Shown piece after piece: positions 13,476 through 30,114 of a stretch of DNA of 64,000 nucleotides. Source of the stretch: Octopus vulgaris (taxonomy: Eukaryota); NCBI GenBank assembly GCA_951406725.2, contig OX597816.1, positions 25,358,001 to 25,422,000 of the forward strand. The letters are read 5' to 3'. Each line of letters opens with the position of its first letter. Within the stretch, counting starts at the first letter, position 1. The notes under the pieces were generated by a model. The model was not told the origin of the DNA and did not search any database. It saw only the letters and a list, made by a program, of their open reading frames with translations. The position numbers were made by a program, and so were the translations under genes.

Positions 13476-15922
13476 GTATATATATATTTACTCACACAGA
13501 TAGACGCCCCCCCCAACACACACACATATATACATACGTACATACACTTACACAAACACCTACGCATATACATACGTACAGAGACACATGTATATATTCT
13601 CTAATGCGTTTCGTATCCGAAATTTTTCCTCGTATTTATACACTGACTTCACGTTTGTGCATCGCCTTAGTCACATCCCCCGTATTATGGGAGCCTGCAA
13701 ATGTCCTGCGTCGTGGAAGTTATAGTCTTCGAATTTTAAACGCACCGAAATTGCGCGTGCAGTCTTGTCTGCATTGTCGAGGAAAAGATTTCCCCGTGTC
13801 TTTGTCTCCTGTTTTTATGTCTTTAACCGTTTTCATTTTCCGTTTTGAAATTTTGCACACACACACACATATATATATACATACACATGCATACATACAT
13901 AGCCACATAGGTAATACATGCATGCATGCATACATACATGCATACATACATACATACATACGTACATACAGACAGACATACATACATACATACATACATA
14001 CACACATACATACTTGCATACATACATACATACATGCATACATACATACATACATACGTACGCACATACATACATACATACGTACGCACATACATACATA
14101 CATACATACATGCATGCATACATGCATACATACATACATAAACACATACATACATACATACATACATACATTCATACATACATGCATACATACATACATA
14201 CATACGTACGTACATACATTCATACATACATACATACATACACACACACATACATACATACATACGTACGTAAATACATACATACATACACACACACATA
14301 GATACATACATGCATACATACATACATACATACACATATAGATACATACATAAATACATATATACATAACTAAAAAGTTTTTCTTAGGCACATGACTTAG
14401 TCTTCTGTTCTTTTTCGTTAATCGTTTCCGTATGCCATTTTGAAGTTTTATATTCATACACATACATACATACATACATACATACATATCTGCAAATGTC
14501 GACATTTTAAAACAAAAAGCGGAATTTTATAACGCCGCCTTGTCAAAGGCCGGTTATAGGGATAAGGTATCATATATCGATCCGGCCCATCCTAAACTAA
14601 TATTTACCCATCAAGATAAGATGGGTAACTACTAATAATAATATAAATAACATAATTAGTGATTTCAGCTCTAGCAACGTCGACACTAATATATTTAACA
14701 AAAATAATTTGTGACCAGGGGAGGCCATCGTAAACCAAAACCCATTCTACTGCACAGAAATACGCCCTTTAATGTAAATGTTAACACTCTGAGCCATTCC
14801 AAGAACAAAAAAAAACTATATCTGGTTTGTGATTCCTTTCGGGAAACAAATCAGGTCTAACCTCCCTTTACAACTCCGTGAAGTTGTAGCTAAGAATTTT
14901 CCTAGGAATTCTAGATATTACTCCACTATAAATTCGCATAAAGTAAGGATTGCATTCTCAAATACTAAAAATCTATCGCAGATAATAGCCTCCCACAATA
15001 ATAAGCAGCTAAATAAGGTCTCATCACCCATGAGTAGCGACACCACACTTACCTATTCCAACGTAACATACAATAATAATAATAATAGAAGTAGTATGGA
15101 TGTTAGCAACATTCATAGCAGCATTGGCGTTAGCAATAGTAATAATGATAATAACATTAACCAGATTATTAACAGTGGTGGTGTTAGTGGTAATAGTAAC
15201 AGCATTCTTAAGAACAGTTATATTATTGATGATAACAATCGCAGCATTCCTATAGCCAGGCAATTTGCCGACGATATTACAACTAATAGTAATGATAATA
15301 AGATGAATAGTATCATGGCCAAAGCCAGCAACAATTTTTACACCTATCACAACAATAAAAACTCTGTCTTAGTATCGGAAACACATACGCAAATATAAAA
15401 TTTTATTTCAATATCAACAGATGCTTGTCATGGCGGACCATGCAGAAATGGTGCCACATGTCTGAAAGTTGGCAGAGATTTCCAATGTATCTGCGCTCCA
15501 GGTTTCCGTGGTAAAACCTGTTCCGAATGTATGTGTACTCTTCTTTTTACAATTTCGTTACTAAATGTCTTATTGTAAATAAGATCAACATGTTTTCAGG
15601 ACAGTAGGATTAGAATAAAAAAGGATAGAAACATTGTGTTTCGCAAAACTATTAAAGAAATAGTGCAGCAAAAGACAAACTTGAACCGGCGTAGTTATTA
15701 ATTTATCGTTAACTAAGTTGACTAAGGAAATTGAATTAACAATATGTCTTATGATTTCTGAAACATCGAAATATATATATACTAAATAGTTTATTAAGAA
15801 AGCGAGAAGTCATTTATGCATTCACTGATAAAAGCGTGAGTCATAATATGATGTGAATAAGTATTACATTATTACGTGTATATATATATATATATATATA
15901 TATATTCATTTATGTATATGTT

Positions 15923-15992
<70 letters not shown>

Positions 15993-18900
15993 CAAAATTT
16001 AGAGGACTGGCCATTTAAAGTGGACAGCCTATATGCTAGATATAGACAGCAAAATCGCCATTTTGACGTCTATAGCCCTTGGAAAAGTGAGTAAAAATCT
16101 TGAGAACTACATGGAACAAATAACGACCGCAATAAATGAGGAGCACTTGTAGAAAACGGCACTGCTTGGAACTGCTCGAATACTCCGGATGTTGCTGGAA
16201 AAGTAAGAAAGTGAGGTGGATGGTAATGGGTATGAGGTAGATGATGATGGTGGGTGTAACGACGACGATGATGATGATAGACGAATATTCTAAATATATA
16301 TTTCATATACGCTGTTGTGTTCGAAGCATTATTCAGGGGCTTATAATATAACGTTTACAAGTTTATATAATGAATATTTTCAGCTTCGAAACCATGTATA
16401 TGTAAAGTGTCTGGTGACCCTCACTATGGAACGTTCGATGGACAAATGATACATTTCATGGGCACATGCAAATATACACTGGCTACTACTAAGAACGGAT
16501 CGAATAATACCTACTTTTCTGTTGAAGTAAAGAACGAACACCGAGGGAATAACCGTGTATCTTACACACGTTTAGTGGATGTCAAACTCACTGGTTTCAC
16601 AATTCGTCTGTTGCCAGCTAACAAAATCTTGGTACGTATATTTTGTCTGTCTTCACTCTATACTTGTGTAAATGTGTAATAACCATCCATAATAGTATTT
16701 CGCAGGTCGAATTGTATTTTCGAATGTCACGCTTGTAATAACTGTAAACAAGAAGCGAAACAAAGATATAATGCAATGAAACAAATTTAAATAGTAGACT
16801 TAGAAAAAAATTGAAAATGGAACTAAATGAAAGACGTAATCGTAGTATTTAACATGTAAAATCAATAACATAACAATGAAGATATTTACGTATTAAAATA
16901 AATATAAAATCATTCATAAAATGTGGACTTAATCACTGTTAGTAAAATATGATTAATGACGCATTTTAGCGTTTGACAAACAAATGAACGTAAGAAACCA
17001 TCTTCAATCGGTGAGATGCTAACGAACTGCCTTTCAGCGGGTGAGATATAAACTCGTTAGTAGCTGAAAAAAGGGCCTCTTATTTTCAATTGTCATCACT
17101 TCCAAAAGACAGTGTGAGTAATTCATAGACATTTGAGTGTTTTACTTTAGATTTCTCAAAGCCCTTCAAGTGTGATACAGGAAGGGATCTATCAACATCT
17201 GTTACGTAACATCATAAAAGACGGGTGTAAACATTAGCGATAGGCATTTTTGGCTTTCAGAAGATGTTGATACGAATGCGTGTCAATTGCACTATAATTC
17301 CCATCCCCTTAAGTATATTCAGGGGTGACCAAATTATAAAGAGAGCCAAATGTGTTGAAGAGTTTACCCGAGCAAATCCACCCACGTACATCTATTTATT
17401 ATCTAGTACTTGCCCTATTGGCTGTCTTTGCTGAACCGTTAAGCTGAGCGTCGACATAAACAATTCTCACCAGTATATATATATATATATATATACTGGT
17501 GAGAATTGTTTATGTCGACGCTCAGCTTAACGGTTCAGCAAAGACAGCCAATAGGGCAAGTACTAGATAATAAATAGATGTACGTGGGTGGATTTGCTCG
17601 GGTAAACTCTTCAAGGAGGTGTCCCAGCATAGCTAAAGTCCAATGAGGGAAACAAGTAAAATATTAAAAATAATACATGCATTATATATAAAAAAATAAT
17701 ACTTGATTTGCATACCTGTCCTATTTTCTTGAATTTAATTTTTCAGATAAATTCAGAAGAGAAATCGTTACCTGTAAATTATAAAGAGTTTTCAGCCACG
17801 TACTCTGTCGGGTGGATTACAGTTACCACTGAATGGGGTTTGAAGGTGATGTTTGATGGTAGACACAGAGTCACTGTTACATTACCACCAATATTTGCCG
17901 ATCAACTGACTGGAATTTGTGGAGATTGTAACGGAGAAAAAGATGACTTCCGTACAAAATCTGGTGAAGATGTTTCTCAGAAAGCAAATAAATTTTCTTT
18001 AATTGGTGCCAGTTACCAAGTTGAAGATAACAGTGATAAACCCGAAACAAAGTAAGGATTATTTTCTTTCTCAAACTGCAAAATCGAGACTAGATATTAT
18101 GTATATTGTTGATAGTATGTTAAATGCCACAAGAAATATGTAACAGCATTATTTAAATATGAAGATTTAGCTGTTTTCACGTTAATCTGTGATTATTCAC
18201 ATTATTTACATTAGACGGATATGTGTCCTGATTTTGTTTGTTGTTACCACAACGTTTCCGTAGAATTTTGAACCCTTGGTTCTCATTACAAAGGTATTTT
18301 TTGCTGATGTTGTTGTTATTATCATTATTAGTATTATTATTCAAAGGAATTGAACTCAGAACTTGGAGTTAGTAGCCCGCGCTCTTAACCATTACGCTAT
18401 ATGCCCATGGGCAGTTATTGAGTCAGTTTTAGCGGTTATAAAACTAATATAGAACAGTTAATGAGTGAGCTGGCAGAAAGTTTAGAGCGTGGGAAAAAAT
18501 GATTAGCGGCTTTCCGTTGGGTTCCTTACATTCTGATTTCGGGGTCGATAAAATTATCAGTCAAATACTAGGTCGATGTTACCGATTAGCCCCTATACCG
18601 ATAAACTGCTTGTATTGTGCTGAAATTTTGAAGCATGGTTATTTAAGGTGGTCAGCCATAAATAAATATAGTTTCCGTTACGGCAGACATCAAAATATTT
18701 AGTATTATTTCTGTCGGCTTTTTGCGTTCTGCGTTGAAACGTTGACGAAGACATATTTGTTTTTCATCCGTGCAGACACGATAAAGGAAGTAGAAATCGA
18801 GCTGGAACCGACTTACTCCTTCCTCTCAAACCTCAGATTTTGTGTCTGTCGTAGAAATAATTATTTATGCTTTAACTTTGAAAGTTTTCAGTCAAAGCGG

Positions 18901-21756
18901 AGGAAATGTGTTACGGAATTTCCGCCAAGGTCGACTTTGCCTTTCATCCTTTCAGGGTCGATACATTAAGTACCAGTTGCATAATGGAGTTGATCTAATC
19001 GATTGGCCCCTTGTCCAAATATTTCGGGACTTGTGCCTAGAGTGGAGAAAGAAATGGATTGTTCTGATCGAGCTGACCTACGATCAAAGAATGCGCGCAT
19101 GTGTGATTTACATATGGTTTGTTTATCTGTTTCTGTTTTTATATATAAGGCAAGAAATGAGTTAACAATCTTAGATGATTTGGTAAGATTTTAGATGTAG
19201 GGAATATTTGACATCTGAAATTTTGTTGTACATCAGACGCTAACGAAAGTAGAGAGATATGAATCATAATTGATTAACGCACTAGTAAGTTTTTACTCAG
19301 AAAATACGCATGGTTTATAGTTAGCAAATGAGAAATGATACATCATAACAACTATTCTTAACTTCATCATTTCGCTTTCTATTTTTATTTTCAGATGCAA
19401 AGTGAATGATGTTAATTCGACTTGTTCAAAGGAGCAGACAAAAGAATGTGATTTAATGAAGGACAAAATCTTTGACGCCTGCATTGAAAAGATCGGAGTT
19501 TCGCATCTAGAAGAATACTTGGAGTCTTGTAGAATCGATGTCTGTAGTTATCACAATGATCCTACGAACCACCACTCTGTTTTCTGTCGAATCATTGAAG
19601 GTTTTGCTACAGAATGCGAAAGTGTGGGAATTTTCGTTAATTGGAGAGAAATATCACAATGCCGTAAGATTTACTGATTCTTTACATTCCTCTAAGAACA
19701 TGATAAATGGTGCATTACATCTTGATGTGTCCGAGATGAAATTTTGTCGAATTATGTTTTAGTTCTTTTAGAGACTATAAAATAATAGTTGCTAAATCCT
19801 TCGAATGTATATTGTTCGACTGTAGGAATCGTGTTTGGGCATTTAGATAACACTAATTCATGAACTCAAGAAATAAAGTTTCGATGTCTGATCAGTGAGT
19901 ATCCGGATTGTTGCTATAGTAACGAAGCCAAAGCAAATATCTGGACCACTCGTACATTTGGGTGCGGTCCGTACACTTTCTGCAACTTTCCGTCGACCTC
20001 TGACCTGGTATCACTATGACAACTTTCTCTGGCATTGTCAATGCGACGATCATATGTTTCACGCGTCCATTCCGAGAACTGCTGTAAACAGCAGAAGTGA
20101 GCTAGGACTTTAAAACTTCATGCGCATGCACAACCGCGTAGAAGGTGAATCCTTGCCAAGCGGCTTCAGTCTACGTGGTTTAGCTTCGTTACAATCGGAG
20201 CAGTCCGGATACTTATTGATCAGATCTAGTATTCCTGCATGTATATATGTCGAATTATAGAATTCTGAAATGCCTCCAAGTGCATATCTTAAGAAATTTG
20301 CGAATAGCTTTCAGCCCTTTTTTAAACAAACCTTACTGAATACGCGACACAATTCTTCCTCGATATATTGTAGAGACTTGGTAGATTTGATATGTATTTA
20401 ATAGTATTTAAGTTGATTATTACTTTCGAATTAGATCCATTCCTGTTTCTTGTCTTATACATAAATTTTTAGACAAATATTTGATATTTTGATTGATTCT
20501 CAAAACATTGCACTGAAGGTTTACATATTATCGACATAGTTATTGTGTTACTCGTAAATATTTTGCTATTTATAAGAAAATACCTGTTTGTTATGATTCT
20601 CCATTGTATTTTATTCCAGCGATGAATTGCAAAGAAAATGAAGAGTTCCAATACAAGACTAGCAGCTGTCAACCTTCGTGCGCTAATAGATCACCGAATT
20701 GCACAGGTTCCAGTGAAGGTTGTGTTTGTAGACAAGGCTTTATACTGAGTGGTGAACAGTGTGTACCTGAAACAGAATGCGGCTGTATCGACAACAAGAT
20801 ATATATGAAGGTAAAATACTATATGAAAACTTCTATACATAAACATACACGCACGCGGTCACACACACAGACACATACATACACAGATAGAAACACATCG
20901 GGCTGTATAATAAATACCATTATGCATAAAAGATATAGATAGGTTATTGCTTATTAAATTGATTACTGGACATTTTTGTTGGTGTTTACTTTCGAACCGA
21001 TCATCTGGTCACGACGTATGCTTCCCTTATATAAAAGCTCTCTGTCTTCTACTAACAGAAATTCAACTAGGAATATCAGTGATAGCGTATTCTAATGTAT
21101 TACCATCCGTGATAAAATAAGGCTTTGAGCTTCAGTCTTAGAAACACCATCAATATTCTACTGTATAATAAGGTTCTAATTTATTGAATTTTACCTGCAG
21201 GTTAATGAGGAAATTATATCAGCAGATTGTAAAACAAAGAAAATATGTAAACCTGGTAACGAAATCGTAACAGAAGATATCACTCCTTGTGGTGAAAACA
21301 GCCACTGCAGAATTCAAAGAGGGAAATATGCCTGTGTTTGTAAGGAAAATGTCATTCTTCACAAGGGAAAGTGTGTTCACGCTGGTGAGTAAAGGTTTTC
21401 TCATTATTATTAATGCATTTTCATTGAACTGGTAATTTTAGACAAAAAATTTGCTTTCAAGTATAATTGTAATACAGGGTTGTATTACCCCTAATTTTTA
21501 TGGTTATAGAACCTAGCTGTTCTTTCTAGCGTGTAGATTTTCTATAAGTGGATTCATTATGTGTTGAAATATACGCTATATCGTATGACTAATATATAGT
21601 CTCTTTGACTAAATTTTTTACGTTAGACCACTGGAAATGTAAATTTTAATTAATTTCCATTTCCCTTTGATATGATTAAATATATATATATATATATTTT
21701 CTATTTTTGACTTGTTTTTTCATATATATCAACTCGTGTGTTCCTTTCCACCCTTA

Positions 21757-21796
<40 letters not shown>

Positions 21797-22489
21797 CACA
21801 CACATATATATATATATACACACATACCCACATAAGTACCTACATACGTACATGCATACATACGTACATAGATAAATACATACATGCATGCATGCATACA
21901 TACATACAACATACATACATACATACATGCATACATACATATGTATGTACATATATATAAATACACACTCATATGGACATTCACTCAAATACACACAAAC
22001 TCACATTCTAGCGCACACATACGCAAATATAAAATTTTATTTCAATATCAACAGATGCTTGTCATGGAGAACCTTGCAGAAATGGTGCCACATGTCTGAA
22101 CGTTGGCAGAGATTTCCAATGTATCTGCGCTGCAGGTTTTGGTGGTAAAACCTGTTCCGAATGTATGTGTACTCTTCTCTTTACAATTTCGTTGCTAAAT
22201 GTCTTATTGTAAATAAGATCAGTATGTTTTCAGGACAGTAGGATTAGAATAAAAAAAGGATAGAAACATTGCGTTTCGTAAAAGTATTAAAGAAATAGTG
22301 CTATAAAAGTGAAACACGAACCGGCGTAGTTACCAACTTTATCACTAGATAAGTTGACTAGAGAAATTTAATTAACAATATGTCTTTACATATATAAGTA
22401 CTAAAGTCTTTAAGAGAGCAAAAATTCATTTATGTAATCACTGATAATTGCGTGAATCATAATATGTTGTGAATAAGTATTACATTATT

Positions 22490-22532
<43 letters not shown>

Positions 22533-25500
22533 AAATTTATAGGACTGGCCACTAAAAGTGGACATCATATATGTTTTCTTTATTCACAAGTAGTAAACAC
22601 GTGGCACCGTAGTAATCTCCAGCATTAGAATCTGTGCAAAGACAACACATAAGAATAAAAGAAATAAATATGAAATTTGGCTCAGAAAAATGTGCCAAAG
22701 CAACCTGAAGAAGAGAAAAACTAGTCAAGTGTAGCAACAACACACTAGACAAAGGAAATTAAATAAGAGAATTAGACCAAAGTCAGACATACAAATATTT
22801 AGGAATCGACGAACTAGATGCCATACAACATACACAAATGAAAGGGAAGATAAAAAAAAGAATACTATAGATGAGTTAGATTCATACTGAAAACAGAGCT
22901 AAATGCGAAAAACAAGATAATAGTTATCAATACTTTAGCCGTCCCAGCTATAATCTTCAGCTACAATATAGTTAAGTGGACACTAAATGAACTAATCAAA
23001 ATAGACAGGAAAACGAGAAAAATAATGATAAAATTTAGGATGCACCCCTCGAAGTCTGACATGGAAGAACGTAGTAGAAGGTAGTAGATGCCTTATACAG
23101 CTAGAAAACTACTACAAAATAACCAACATAGGACTGCAAAAATACCTACTTCAGAAGCAAGGAAAACTAATACAAATTGCCACAAGCACGAACAAAAAAA
23201 GAACTGTTTTCAGTCTTTAATGAAAGTGACAAATACAAACAAGAAGTCATACTATCTAAGAACTATGAAGAAAAAGAAGAAACAACATAAGCCGTAAAAG
23301 AAATGAAATCCAAACTAAAACTAGAACAGCAACGGATCTTGATAAACGGATGGCCCTCATGGCAAATACAGACAAACGAACCAGAGAAAGCAAAATTCCA
23401 GCATTGGCTGAAAAGCTCAGGACTCAAAGCAGAGACTAAAGGATTTTTAATTGCTGCAAAAGACCAAAACCTCCCCGCCAGAAATTACCAAAAACATATA
23501 ATGAAAAGAAACATAACAAGTAACTGCAGAATAAGTGGAGAAGGACAAGAAACAAAAAATCATATCGTCTCTGGGTATCCAGTCCTGGCTAAGAAAGAAT
23601 ATATTCACAGACACGACAGAGTTGGGATCTACATACACTGGAAGCTATGTCAACAGTATGGAATAACAACAGAAAAAAGATGGTATAGGCACACGCCAGA
23701 AAAGGTCACAGAAAATGAGAAAGTAACAATAATATGGGTTAAGCCATAGAGATATTAAGACTAATAGGCCAGATATAATTGTCAGAGATCATGAAGAAAA
23801 AAATGCTTTCTAATTGATGTATCAATATCAACAGATGACAATGTTTCTCGAAAGGTAATAGTGAAACTTTCAAAATGCAAAGACCTGGAAATAGAGGAAA
23901 CTCGAATGTGGAACCTAGAAACAGAAATAATTGCTATCATAGTAGGCGCAATAGAGTAACCATAAGAGAATAACAGCAAACCACAGCACATACACAAGGC
24001 ACACAGAGCTGTGCTCGATAGTGAAGTGAAAGCACGCTATGAAAATAAGACTACTGTATAATAATAATAGAAACGTGTCACGTGATGAGGATGATAATGG
24101 GTATGGTAATAGGTATGAGGGAGATGATGGTGGTGGAGTAACGACGACGATGATGATGATAGACGAATACTTAAAATATAGATTTCACATATGTTGTTAT
24201 TTTCGAAGCATTATTCAGGCGCTTATAATATAATGTTTACAAGTTTATGTGATGAATATTTTCAGCTTTGAAACCATGTATATGTAAAGTGTCTGGTGAC
24301 CCTCACTACAGAGCGTTCGATGGACAAATGATACATTTCATGGGCACATGCAAATATACACTGGCTACTATCAAGAACGGATCGAATAATACCTACTTTT
24401 CTGTTGAAGTAAAGAACGAACACCGAGGGAATAACCGTGTATCTTACACACGTTTAGTGGATGTCAAACTCACTGGTTTCACAATTCGTCTGTTGCCAGC
24501 TAATAAAATCTTGGTACGTATATTTTGTCTCTCTTCACTCAATACTTGTGTAAATGTGTAATAACCATCCATAATTTTATTTTGCTGGTCGAGTTGTATT
24601 TTCTTCCGTCACGCTTGTAATAACTGAAACCAAGAAACGAAACGAATATATAATGCAATGAAACAAATTTAAATCGTAGACTTAGAAAAAAATTGAATAT
24701 GGAACTAAATGAAAGACGTAATCGTAATATTTAACGTATCGAATCAATAACAAAATACTGAAGATATTGACGTATTAAATTAGATATAAAATCATTCATA
24801 AAATGTGGAATTAATCCTTAGTTAATACAATATGATTAATGACGGATTTTAGCGTTTGCCAAACAACTGAACATAAGAGGCCCTCTTCAATCGGTGAGAT
24901 GCTAACAAACTGTTTTTCAGCATGACGTATGTAAGCACGTCACTAGCTGATAAAACGGCCGCTGATTTCCAATAGTCGTCGCTTCCACAAGACACTGTGA
25001 GTAATTCATAGATATTTGGCTTTCAGAAAGATGTTGATATATTATATTTTTTAATGAAAGGAGCGAGGGCTTGTCAATTGCATTATAATTTCCATCCTCT
25101 TAAGTATATTCTAATGTGACCAAATAATAAAGAGAGCCAAATGTATTATAGAAGTGATATATTTATTCCGTTCAGATGAGTTTACTTCGACGTAACTCAG
25201 CGGTTCGGCAAAAGGAGGCGATAGGGTAAGTACTGGATATAAAATGAAGAATACACGTTGGTAGACTTACTCTAGTAATCTCTTGAAACTGGTGCCCCGG
25301 CATGGCCAGAGTCCAATGACTGAAACAAGTAAAATATTAAAAATAATACATGCATTATATATTAAAAAAATAATACTTGATTTGCATACCTGTCCTATTT
25401 TCTTGAATTTAATTTTCAGATAAATTCAGAAGAGAAATCGTTACCCGTAAGAAATTATAAAGAGTTTTCAGCCACATACTCTGTCGGGTGGATTACAGTT

Positions 25501-28500
25501 ACCACTGAATGGGGTTTGAAGGTGATGTTTGATGGTAGACACAGAGTCACTGTTACATTACCACCAATATTTGCCGATCAACTGACTGGAATCTGTGGAG
25601 ATTGTAACGGAGAAAAAGATGACTTCCGGACGAAATCTGGTGAAGATGTTTCTCAGAAAGCAAATAAATTTTCTTTAATTGGTGCCAGTTATCAAGTTGA
25701 AGATGACAGTGATAAACCCGAAACAAAGTAAGTGTTGCTTTAATATCAAGATTTAGCTGTCTTCCGTTAATCTGTAAGCTGGCAGAATCTTTGAAGCGTG
25801 ACAAAAATGAATTGCGGCATTTTCTTGGGCACATTACATTGTGAATTCGGGGTCGATAAAATTACCAGTCAAATAATATGTCGAGGTTATCGATTAACCC
25901 CTATAAACTCATGGTATGGTGCCAAAATTTGAAAGTATGGTTATTTAAGGTGGTGAGCCTTAAATGATAATAGTTTCAGTTACCGCACACATCAAAATGC
26001 TTAGAATTATTTCTGTCGGCTCTTTGTGTTCTGCAATGAAACGTCGACGAAACCATCTTTGCTTTTCATCCTTGCAGACTCGATAAAGGAAGTAGAAATT
26101 AAGCTGGAACCGATTAATCCTCTCAAACCTCAGATTTTGTGCCTGTCGTTTGTGCTTTTACGTACAAGGCAAGAAATGAGTTAACAATGTTAGATGATTT
26201 GGTAACGTTTTAGATGTAGAGAATATTTGACATCTGGAATTTTGTTGTATATCAGACATTAATTAAAGTAGAGAGATTGAATTATAATTGATTCACTCAC
26301 CAGTAAGTTTTTACTCAGAAGATACTCATGGTTTCTAGTTAGTAAATGAGAAATCATACATCATAACAATTATTCTTAACTGCATCATTTCGCTTTTTAT
26401 TTTCATTTTCAGATGCAAAGTGAATGATGTTAATTCGACTTGTTCAAAGGAAGAGACAAAAGAATGTGATTTCATGAATGACAAAATCTTTGAAGCCTGC
26501 ATTGAAAATATCGGTGCTTCGCATCTAGAAGAATACTTGGAGTCTTGTAGAATCGATGTCTGTAGTTATCACAATGATCCTACGAACAGTTACTCTGTTT
26601 TCTGTCGAATCATTGAAGGTTTTGCTACAGAATGCGAAAGTGTGGGAATTTTCGTTAATTGGAGAGAAATATCACAATGCCGTAAGATTTACTGATTCTT
26701 AACATTCCTCTAAGAACAGGATAAATGGCGCATTACATCTTGATGTGTCCGAGATGAAATTTTGTCGAATTATGTTTTAGTTCTTTTAGAGACTATAAAA
26801 TAATAGTTGCTAAATCCTTCGAATGTATATTGTTCGACTGTAGGAATCGTGTTTGGGCTTTTAGATAACACTAATTCATGAACTCAAGAAATAAAGTTTC
26901 GATGTCTGATCAGTGAGTATCCGGATTGTTGCTATAGTAACGAAGCCAAAGCAAATATCTGGACCACTCGTACATTTGGGTGTGGTCCGTACACTTTCTG
27001 CAACTTTCCGTCGACCTCGGACCTGGTATCACTATGACAACTTTCTCTGGCATGGTCAATGCGACAATCATATGTTTCACGCGTCCATTCCGAGAACTGC
27101 TGTAAACAGCAGAAGTGAGAGAGAACTTTAAAACTTCATGCGCATGCACAACCGAGTTGAAGGTGAATTCTTGCCAAACGGCTTCAGTCTACGTGGTTTA
27201 GCTTCGTTACAATCGGAGCAGTCCGGATACTTATTGATCAGATCTAGTATTCCTGCATGTATATATGTCGAAATATAGAATTCTGAAATGCCTCCAAGTG
27301 CATATCTTATGAAATTTACGAATAGCTTTCAGCCCTTTTTTAAACAAACCTTACTGAATACGCGACACAATTCTTCCTCGATATATTGTAGAGACTTGGT
27401 AGATTTGATATGTATTTATTAGTATTTAAGTTGATTATTACTTTCGAATTAGATCCATCCCTGTTTCTTGTCTTATACATAAATTTTCAGACAAATATTT
27501 GATACTTTGATTGATTCTCAAAACATTGTACTGAAGGTTTACATATTATCGACATAGTTATTGTGTTCCTCGTACATATTTTGCTATTTATAAGAAAATA
27601 CCTGTTTGTTATGATTCTCCATTGTATTTTATTCCAGCGATGAATTGCAAAGAAAATGAAGAGTTCCAATACAAGACTAGCAGCTGTCAACCTTCGTGCG
27701 CTAATATGTCACCGAATTGCACAGGTTCCAGTCAAGGTTGTGTTTGTAGACAAGGCTTTATTCTGAGTGGTGAACAGTGTGTACCTGAAAGAGAATGCGG
27801 CTGTATCGACAACAAGATATATATGAAGGTAAAATACTGTATGAAAATTTGTATACATAAACATACACGCTCGCGGTCACACACACAGACACACACATAC
27901 ACAGATAGAAACACATTGGGCTGTATAATAAATACCATTATGCATAAAAGATATAGATAGGTTATTGTTTATTAAATTGATTACTGGACATTTTTGTTGG
28001 TGTTTACTTTCGAACCGATCATCTGGTCACGACGTATACTTCCCTTATATAAAAGCTCTCTGTGTTCTACTAACAGAAATTAAACTAGGAATATCAGTGA
28101 TAGCGCATTCTAATGTATTACCATCCGTGATAAAACAAGGCTTTAAGCTTCGGTCTTAGAAACACCATCAATATTCTTCTGGAATATTTTAAAGTTTCAT
28201 CAAATGTTCAGTCCATAAATATACACTGGTATAATAAGGTTCTAATTTATTGAATTTTACCTACAGATTAATGAGGAAATTGTATCAGCAGATTGTAAAA
28301 CAAAGAAAATATGTAAACCTGGTAACGAAATCGTAACAGAAGATATCACTCCTTGTGGTGAAAACAGCCACTGCGGAATTGAAAGAGGGAAATATGCCTG
28401 TGTTTGTAACGAAAATTTCATTCTTCATAAGGGAAAGTGCGTTCACACTGGTGAGTAAAGGTTTTGTAATTATTATTAATGCATTTTCATTGAACTGGTA

Positions 28501-28747
28501 ATTTTAGACAAATCATTTGTTTTCAAGTATAATTGTAATACAGGATTGTATTACCCCTAATTTTTATGGTTATAGAACCTAGCTGTTCTTTCTAACGTGT
28601 AGGATTTCTATAAGTGGATTCCTTATATGCTTAAATATACGCTATATCGTATGACTAATATATAGTCTCTTTGACTAAATTTTTTACACGTTAGACCACT
28701 GGAAATGTAAATGTTAATTAATTTCCATTTCCCTTTGATATGATTAA

Positions 28748-28822
<75 letters not shown>

Positions 28823-29204
28823 AATATATATTTACGCACACACACTAACGCATACACACACAAATACACACACATATATATATATACGTACATACACTTA
28901 CACAACCACCTACGCATATGCATACGTACAGAGACACATGTATATATTCTCTAATGTCTCTCGTATCCGAAATTATTCCTCGTATTTATACACTGACTTC
29001 GCCTTTGTGCATCACCTTAGTCACATCCCCCGTATTATGGGAGCCTGCAAATGCCCTGCGTCGTGGAAGTTATAGTCTCCGAATTTTAAACGCACCGAAA
29101 TTGCGCGTGCAGTCTTGTCTGCATTGTCGAGGAAAGGATTTCCCCGTGTTTTTGTCTTCGGTTCCTATGTCTTTAATCGTTTCCATTTTCCGTTTTGAAG
29201 TTTT

Positions 29205-29295
<91 letters not shown>

Positions 29296-30079
29296 CACAC
29301 ACATATATATATACACACACACGCATATATATATACACATACATACATACATACATGCATACATACATACCTACATACATACATCCAAACATACATACCT
29401 ACATACATACATACAAACATACATACATACATACATACATTCATACATACATACATACATAAATACATACAACATACATGCATACATACATACAAAAGGC
29501 ATACATACATACGTATGTACATATATATATATACACACTCATATAGACATTCACTCAAATACACAAAAACTCACATTCTAGCGCACACATACGCAAATGT
29601 AAAATTTTATTTCAATATCAACAGATGCTTGTCATGGCGAACCTTGCAGAAATGGTGCCACATGTCTGAAAGTTGGCAGAGATTTCCAATGTATTTGCGC
29701 TGCTGGTTTCCGTGGTAAAACCTGTTCCGAATGTATGTGTACTCTTCTCTGTACGATTTCGTTACTAAATGTCTTATTGTAAATAAGATAAACATATTTT
29801 CAGGACAGTAGGATTAGAATAAAAAAGGATAGAAACATTGTGTTTCACAAAACTATTAAAGAAATAGTGCAGTAAAAGTGAAACACGAACCGGCGTAGTT
29901 ACCAATTTATCACTAACGAAGTTGACTAAGGAAATTCAATTAACAATATGTCTTTTGATTTCTGAAATATCGAAATATATAAATACTAAATTGTTTATTA
30001 AGAAATCGAGAATTCATTTATGCATTCACTGATAAGAGCGAGAGTCATAATATGATGTGAATAAGTATTACATTATTAC

Positions 30080-30114
<35 letters not shown>

